Assembly: GCA_000934665.2 (NCBI GenBank)
Contig: KZ538606.1
Span: forward strand, 1-59,351
Origin: Catajapyx aquilonaris
Lineage: Eukaryota
Direction: 5' to 3'
DNA: 59,351 nt
Shown: positions 53,445-59,351 of the stretch, piece after piece
Layout of the letters: each line of letters begins with the position of its first letter
How positions within the stretch are numbered: the stretch's first letter is position 1
Notes under the pieces: model-generated
Seen by the model: the letters and a program-made list of their open reading frames with translations, nothing else
Told to the model about the DNA's origin: nothing
Databases searched by the model: none
Translations under genes and position numbers: made by a program

Positions 53445-55764
53445 ACCTCTTTGTAAAGATACTCATAATTCAAGCAAACAACAGTATTTTATTCAAATTC
53501 CACGTACAGAAGAATACCCCTACATTTCTTGGCATTATCGTCCTCGCTCAATGACAATCCACGCAGCCTCAATGTTTCGTGTGGCAGTGATTATAACATC
53601 GAATATTCTATGGACTACACTAATAAATCTGAAAAGATATTATTTGGCCCATGTTCATCAAAATCTATCAGGGACGTAGCCAGCTGGTATTGGTCCATTT
53701 GCTGGTTGATCACGTGGTCCAGGTCCATCCAGTGGAGCCGGTGGTTCTGGTATGTCCATAGCTTGCCACTGTACAAAGACAAGAATCCTCAATCACTCGA
53801 CTGTCTTGATGATGAGGCTAGCCGCTGTCATCCATATACACAAGAACCACACCCACATTCCAGCACCCCAATCACATGTGGCTAAAAAACTTACGATTAC
53901 AAGCGAGATTCCAAAGATGACAGATGCCACGAAGAGCATGAGTTCCCCGAATCGGAAGCAATAGTCTCCCAAATCCTTTCCGCCGTCCAGGTAATGGTGG
54001 GTTATGCCATACCGCAACAGTATACTCGAGGCAAGATGTATGAAGCCGGATATTAATAAGGTGGCAGCTAGCTGGAATACAACTCCCATGCTGGCTTCTT
54101 CCTTCGTATGAATGGTGTTGAACCGACCAAGGTACGGGTAGGCCTACTGGATGAAATGAAGTGCCTGGCTGTGCCGTGCTCCATGTGCGAAAGATATGTG
54201 CCTGGCCGTACCACTCATGTCGTCCTTACATTTTGGCTGCGCCTCATTCGTTGGATCGTACGAATTCTCATTCTTCGCTACATTCAGTAAGGAGAATTTT
54301 TTCCTTATTTGCTTTCGTCGTCCTTAGCCGGAATGCTTGAAATGTTTCTGGTATCACCTACTAAGTCATGGGTGAAGTTGTACTGTACATACCAGTCCGT
54401 CTCCTTTACAGGGTTTAGATATAAAAATCATGTTTCATCCAGGTTTTGTTATACTAGGAAATGGAGGGAAGGCTTAAAATGTAGACGATAACAGTGGCAT
54501 TTTGGTCGAAATTGAGTTAGGTAATTATAATGAATACCTGGAAGGATACTTTGTAGTGGTCAAATCAGTGTTCTGATAAAAAAATGCAGCCCCCTGAAAT
54601 TGTTGTTTCACTGGCCAAAAAAACGTTGTTGACAGCACCCTTTAAAATCTGTCTTGGTTGCATGTGTCAAAGTGTAGTCTTGCAGCACACATTACTGTAG
54701 GCAATCAATGTTTGGCCATAAATTTTAAAATAGGCCAAACATGTTTTTAGTGGTCGTCTTCAGATATCGCGATGGATGATGCGGAGTAGAGTTGCATTCA
54801 CATGATACCGGGGACCACACTGGGAGCTGCCCTTTCCCAGACAGTGAAGAATGCGAATGATCCATTGCTATAGCCTTGAATCTAAAGCTGGCGTGCCCTT
54901 GGTGCGCCTGCAGGTTATGCCTCCCTTGATACAAGGGTGAGGTTGCATAACAGGTCAGAATGAGGCGATTGCTGTGGACTGGGCTGGCACACCATCATGG
55001 GGCATTAGCTCCGAAGACGTATGGATTTACTTTCAATGTTGACTATTTCTTGTTAGTTCAAAGGCTGGACTTCGAACCACGGCTGGTTGAGAGAATGACG
55101 GTACTTCCTGTTTCTAATGACTTCTTTGCTGGAAAAATAGCCTACAGGAAAAAGCCCGGGTTGAATGTATAACCATGGGTCCTTCAATTGGCCGTGGGAA
55201 AATGGGCTCTTTCATAGTCAGAATGAGGGGTGTGAACATTGGGCGTGTTGGATCTCGCTGTTTTGCCATATTCAGAGATTTGGACATATTTTTACATGAT
55301 CACATCTGATGATTCCTTTTTTCAACACTCCTCCCTCCCTACCCAGCAAGGGGGTTAACCACTCGACTGTAAAGTGTACACTGGAGTACCAAATTCAAGG
55401 AGTACCAACAAGGAGTGCGTGGGGGTACCACTGGCAGGTATACACCGCCAACACCGGAGTACCGAAGTGGTTACCCCCTTGTCCCTATACATTCCGATAT
55501 TGACCACTAGTGCGTCTGGTACATGGAAATTTGTTTCCAAGATGCTGCACTTTTTATTGGAATGTGCCACTTTCAGAAATCATAGATGAGAACATAACAC
55601 ACCTTTTAAGACACTGCAAAATCTGCGTAGGTCACGAAAATAATTATCATTAAAGATGGCTGCCTCAGGTTTCCTAAAATGGCTATTATCTCAGTTTATC
55701 GTGGTTTAATTCCCTTTGTTTTGTTAGTAAGCTAATGTTAACCAGAAGCGTTTATGTAGACATA

Positions 55765-56327
55765 TACGTGTCTCTAAACCTCAAGGATTTCTAACAATTA
55801 AATATATATACTCCATCATCAAATAAAGTGCACGCCAATTCAAGATGTATCGGGAGTGTTTGGAAGAGACCCCCACGGCCCCACCCATGCACAAAAGGCA
55901 ATTTAACGGGAAGGCACAAGCCGCAAAGTATGCAACACTACAAATTTTGTGAATGGGTGGGGGTCTCCTCCAAACGCTCCTGATCCATCTTGAATTGTCG
56001 TGCACATTATTTGATGATGGAGTATGACAGTTCATCGCCACCTACTCTTCGTACAATATCACAATTAATGTTATCTCGATTAATTACACAATTATGATTT
56101 TATTTGATGCCCGCAAGTTCCCCGATATGCACCTCCGACCCACACTTTTACACCTTCTGAGGTGCGCATAACTCCCATTGGAATTATGCAATCGGAATGA
56201 AACTTGGTGGTAGTAACAAGGATGAGTGTCACAACAATATGGTGTAAGGACGTTGCTGTAGGTCAACTCTACCCACGTCACGCGCTGGACATGTGGACAT
56301 ACCCATGTGAATTTATGAGACACCCTG
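55765..56327 (-). mobile_element. Decayed mariner-derived foldback element carrying a transposase N-terminal HTH remnant
   Basis: Minus-strand end ta|cagggtgtctcataaattc at 56327. The minus frame reads DIVRRVGGDELSYSIIK*CARQFKMDQERLEETP, similar to mariner GDDAPSYSTVKKW...FK.G.ESLEDDP. Segments 55809-55896 and 55945-56024 are inverted copies. Confidence 0.65.
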
Positions 56328-56470
56328 TAACTCTAAAACTGGACGTAGTAGTAGATTTTCAATGTCATTTTTCTATTCTTCCTCCCGGAGGAGCAGCTCT
56401 GAGGCGAGAGCGAACAGACGTGTCGAAACGGAGCTCCGTATCAGTACATAACCAGCAAGGAGAGAGTGAA

Positions 56471-57391
56471 ATGCCGGACTCACCCTTGACCGAGACGACA
56501 CTGCGAGGGCTGCTCGATGAACTCAAGTTAAGTCTGCTTGCTGATTTAAAACAGCAACTTAAAAGTGAAGTGGTTGAACCGCTTGCAATTAAGGTGGACC
56601 ATTTGAACGCCAAACTGGAGCAAGCAGACAGCAAGGCCAACGAGATGGAGCGTCAAATTGGGGGGCTATGGATCCAAATTAAATCCCTGCAAGACCGCAA
56701 TCGTGACCTTGAGGACCGTTCCAGGCGTAGAAATGTCGTGTTCTATGGCCTCCAAGAAGAGGAACAGGAGTCATGGGATCGTACTGAGGAAGTGGTGTTG
56801 TCGTGTGTCCGAAACTACAACCTCATCCCGCCCAAGTTTTTTCCACCGATGATTGAGCGGGCTCACCGTCTGGGACGAAAAAAAGAAGCAGCTTCCCGCC
56901 CAAGACCGATAATTGTGGCATTTACGCACTTCAAGGACAAGGACGTCATCATCAAGAATGGGGGCGTGCTGGTTAACACTGGAATCGCCATGGCTGAAGA
57001 CTTCAGCCCCGAAACAAGAATGCTTCGTCGTGAGTTAATACCCCTTTTGATCCAAGCAAAAAAAGAGGGCAAAAAGGCCTCCCTGAGATACGACCAACTG
57101 CAAATCGATGGCATAAAGTATAAAAAGAACGAACAAGGAGATCTAGTGGACGGAAGTGGCCGCTTGTTCCTCTTCCAAGGCCACCAAGAGGGGACCAATG
57201 CCCAGCAGACAATACCAGCAGCGGAGGGACCATTCAGCACTGAAGCTGACCAAAATGGACAGGCATCTGCATCTGACGACCGTCAAAGGGACAAACGACC
57301 CCCCTCCGCTTCACCCGAGGGCGGCCCATACCATCAGCCCAAGAAGACGACCGGCAACTCAGGAAGGGGTCGCGGATCGCACAACACATAG
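56471..57391 (+). CDS. LINE ORF1 protein (coiled coil plus L1 ORF1p/Transposase_22-like RNA-binding domain), ~306 aa
   Basis: Motifs LEDRSRRRNVVFYGL, IERAHRLG, RPRPIIVAF and EDFSPETRMLRR follow a heptad-rich region. ATG 56471 is preferred over the TTG start at 56204 in the track, which overlaps a mariner relic. Confidence 0.9.
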   Translation: MPDSPLTETTLRGLLDELKLSLLADLKQQLKSEVVEPLAIKVDHLNAKLEQADSKANEMERQIGGLWIQIKSLQDRNRDLEDRSRRRNVVFYGLQEEEQESWDRTEEVVLSCVRNYNLIPPKFFPPMIERAHRLGRKKEAASRPRPIIVAFTHFKDKDVIIKNGGVLVNTGIAMAEDFSPETRMLRRELIPLLIQAKKEGKKASLRYDQLQIDGIKYKKNEQGDLVDGSGRLFLFQGHQEGTNAQQTIPAAEGPFSTEADQNGQASASDDRQRDKRPPSASPEGGPYHQPKKTTGNSGRGRGSHNT

Positions 57392-59351
57392 GGCGTGGGC
57401 GGAGTGTGGGTGTCGGGCCTTCGTCGATCAAGTGTGCGAGAATCGGGTGGTGGGAATGTGACTAGTTGGGGGAAAAAGAGTGCGTGCAATGGCGCAAAAG
57501 TGCAAGTGAGTGCGTGGAATGTCCGTGGTTGGTCGGGCAAGGATCTCAATGCAATCATTTCTGACCTGGTGCCGCTGGAAAACCATATAGGGTGCATAGG
57601 CATGGTGGAAACCTGGCAAACAGGTAAAGTGAAGGTGGGATCACTGGATTTGGATTGTCATCAAGTGGAGGCACAGAAAGTGTCTAAATTTGGCCACGCG
57701 CCAGGGGGTTTACTCTTGTTGACGAATAAGACTTTCAAGTTTAATTGCATATGTTCAAGTGCGACATGGATATTTGTCTCTTCTAAGTATTTTCAGCCTG
57801 ATATAGAGTTACTAGTGGTGGGTCTTTTGTATTTACCACCCGATAAGCATTTTGGAGATGTTGTGGACCGCTTAGTTGAAGTGATGTCAAAGATACCCCC
57901 AAGTGCTAGTATTATTTTAATGGGGGATCTTAATGCGAGAATTGGTGGGTTTACCAATGTGCCACTTGATGAATTGGAGGATCATGTCGTTATGCGCGAA
58001 CGGTCTGCCCAGGACCTGGTTACAAGCAGTAGGGGGTCGCGACTGAAGCAGTTTATCGAAGATCACGCGCTCTTTGTGCTGAATGGTGCGGTTAGCCCAG
58101 ATGTGCCAGGAGCATTTACCTTCATTGACCCTAGAGGACAAAGTACGGTTGACTATATCTTGATCTCGAGGCCTTTAACATCTAGAATAGCTTCATTCAA
58201 GGTAAAAGCCTTGTTGGGGTCTGACCATTTACCAGTATCGGCGGCCTTACACCTTGACGTGCGTGATTCCGAGGAGTTGATTAAGGTAGCCCCACCCAAA
58301 ATGAAGTTGAGAATTCCGCAAGATGGCCTAGAATTTTTAACCGGAAAAATTGACGAGAAACTTGCTACCCATCCATCCGAGTCCTTAGAGCAAATGGCAC
58401 AGGAGTTTACGGTAAACATTAGGGCTATCCTTATCGAGGAGGATATATTAAGATACTCGAAACAATACTTAGGACACAGGCAACGAAACCCATGGTTTGA
58501 CGGGCAACTGAAAGCTTCACAGTCCTCGGTGCGTCAAAAATTGCTTCAGTGGCAAAAAGCTCCCAATGCAGATAATCGTATAGGATACTGTACATTACTC
58601 AAAATTCACAAGAAACTAATTTTAGCAAAAAAACGCTTCTACTTCTCTAATACCTTACAACAAATTCTCAGTAGCAAAAACTCGGCAGTGTTTTGGTCTC
58701 TGGTGAAGGCTAATTCAGGCTACAAGCAGAAGGCCACAATAACCGAACCAAAATGGATCAATTATCTGGCAACGGTGTACGAACACAACACACAAACGCT
58801 AATATCAGCTAACGTGTTGGATGTGGTCCCTCTTTCCTTTCTGAACGAAGCAATAACCCAGGTGGAACTCCAACAGGCCATCAAGTCGTTAAAACAAAAA
58901 TCAGCTGCGGGCCCAGATAATATCGCAAATGCAGTCTTAGCCATTCCGGCGGCCAACTTACAGCAGCGGATCTGTGATATGTATAATAAGGTGATGAGTG
59001 GAGCGTCGGTGCCTAGAATTTGGACCGAGATAAGAGTGATTCCAATTTTTAAAGGGGGGGATATGAACAACCCGGCTAATTACCGCCCGATTTCATTAGT
59101 GAATAACATTCTCAAACTTTTAACCACTATTCTAGCCAGACGACTAACTAGATGGATAGATGCTCATCAGATATTGCCTGAAGAACAAGCCGGATTCCGA
59201 CAGCACAGAAGCTGCTCCGACCACATATTTACTTTGACGATTCTGATCCAGAAATACACTTATACAAAAACGTATATCACTGGTTCGGGCTGTCCTGCGG
59301 AGAATAACCCTTACGCAGTCCTGGAAATACACTTCGACAACTGTGACAAAC
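57392..59351 (+). CDS. LINE ORF2: AP-like endonuclease plus N-terminal part of reverse transcriptase (partial; start codon undefined)
   Basis: Hand translation is open from 57392 to the window end. APE motifs: SAWNVRG, VETW, LYLPP, MGDLNARIG, FTF..STVDY, SDHLPV. Linker: PWFD. RT motifs: KSAAGPDNI, IPIFKGG, NYRPISL, PEEQAGFR, DHIFTL. It is absent from the ORF track because no stop is reached. Confidence 0.94.

Larger units (their letters stand above)
56380..59351 (+). mobile_element. Non-LTR retrotransposon (LINE) with L1-type ORF1 and APE-RT ORF2, possibly RTEX-like; runs off the window end
   Basis: Two consecutive ORFs with recognisable ORF1 RRM-type, APE and RT motifs. The 5' boundary is approximate and the clade call is tentative. 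Confidence 0.93.

Noticed and set aside
56204..56470. N-terminal 89 aa extension of LINE ORF1 in the ORF track
   Set aside because: It starts at TTG and overlaps the mariner relic and the probable 5' UTR; ATG 56471 is the more plausible start.

Overview
Eukaryotic (animal, most likely arthropod) genomic DNA, not prokaryotic, so most entries in the supplied ORF track are spurious. The window holds four spliced + strand exons (24368-24452, 25174-25297, 42245-42419, 43774-44279) of a Vsx/Chx10/ceh-10-family homeobox gene: basic NLS, Q50 paired-like homeodomain split by a ~16.9 kb intron, CVC domain, poly-His tract and C-terminal OAR motif. I could not find its 5' exon(s), which probably lie upstream of the window. 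The non-coding DNA contains many short palindromic MITEs, three tRNA-derived SINE-like elements, interstitial (TTAGG)n tracts and recurrent GC-rich, TAAT-dense islands that look like cis-regulatory modules. The window ends in a two-ORF non-LTR retrotransposon (L1-type ORF1; APE endonuclease plus RT ORF2). Its most unusual property is that ORF2 is in the same frame as ORF1, separated by a single UAG, with no in-frame AUG before the endonuclease domain and a G-rich tract directly after the stop. This suggests stop-codon readthrough or non-AUG reinitiation. No CRISPR array, rRNA or intact tRNA was found.
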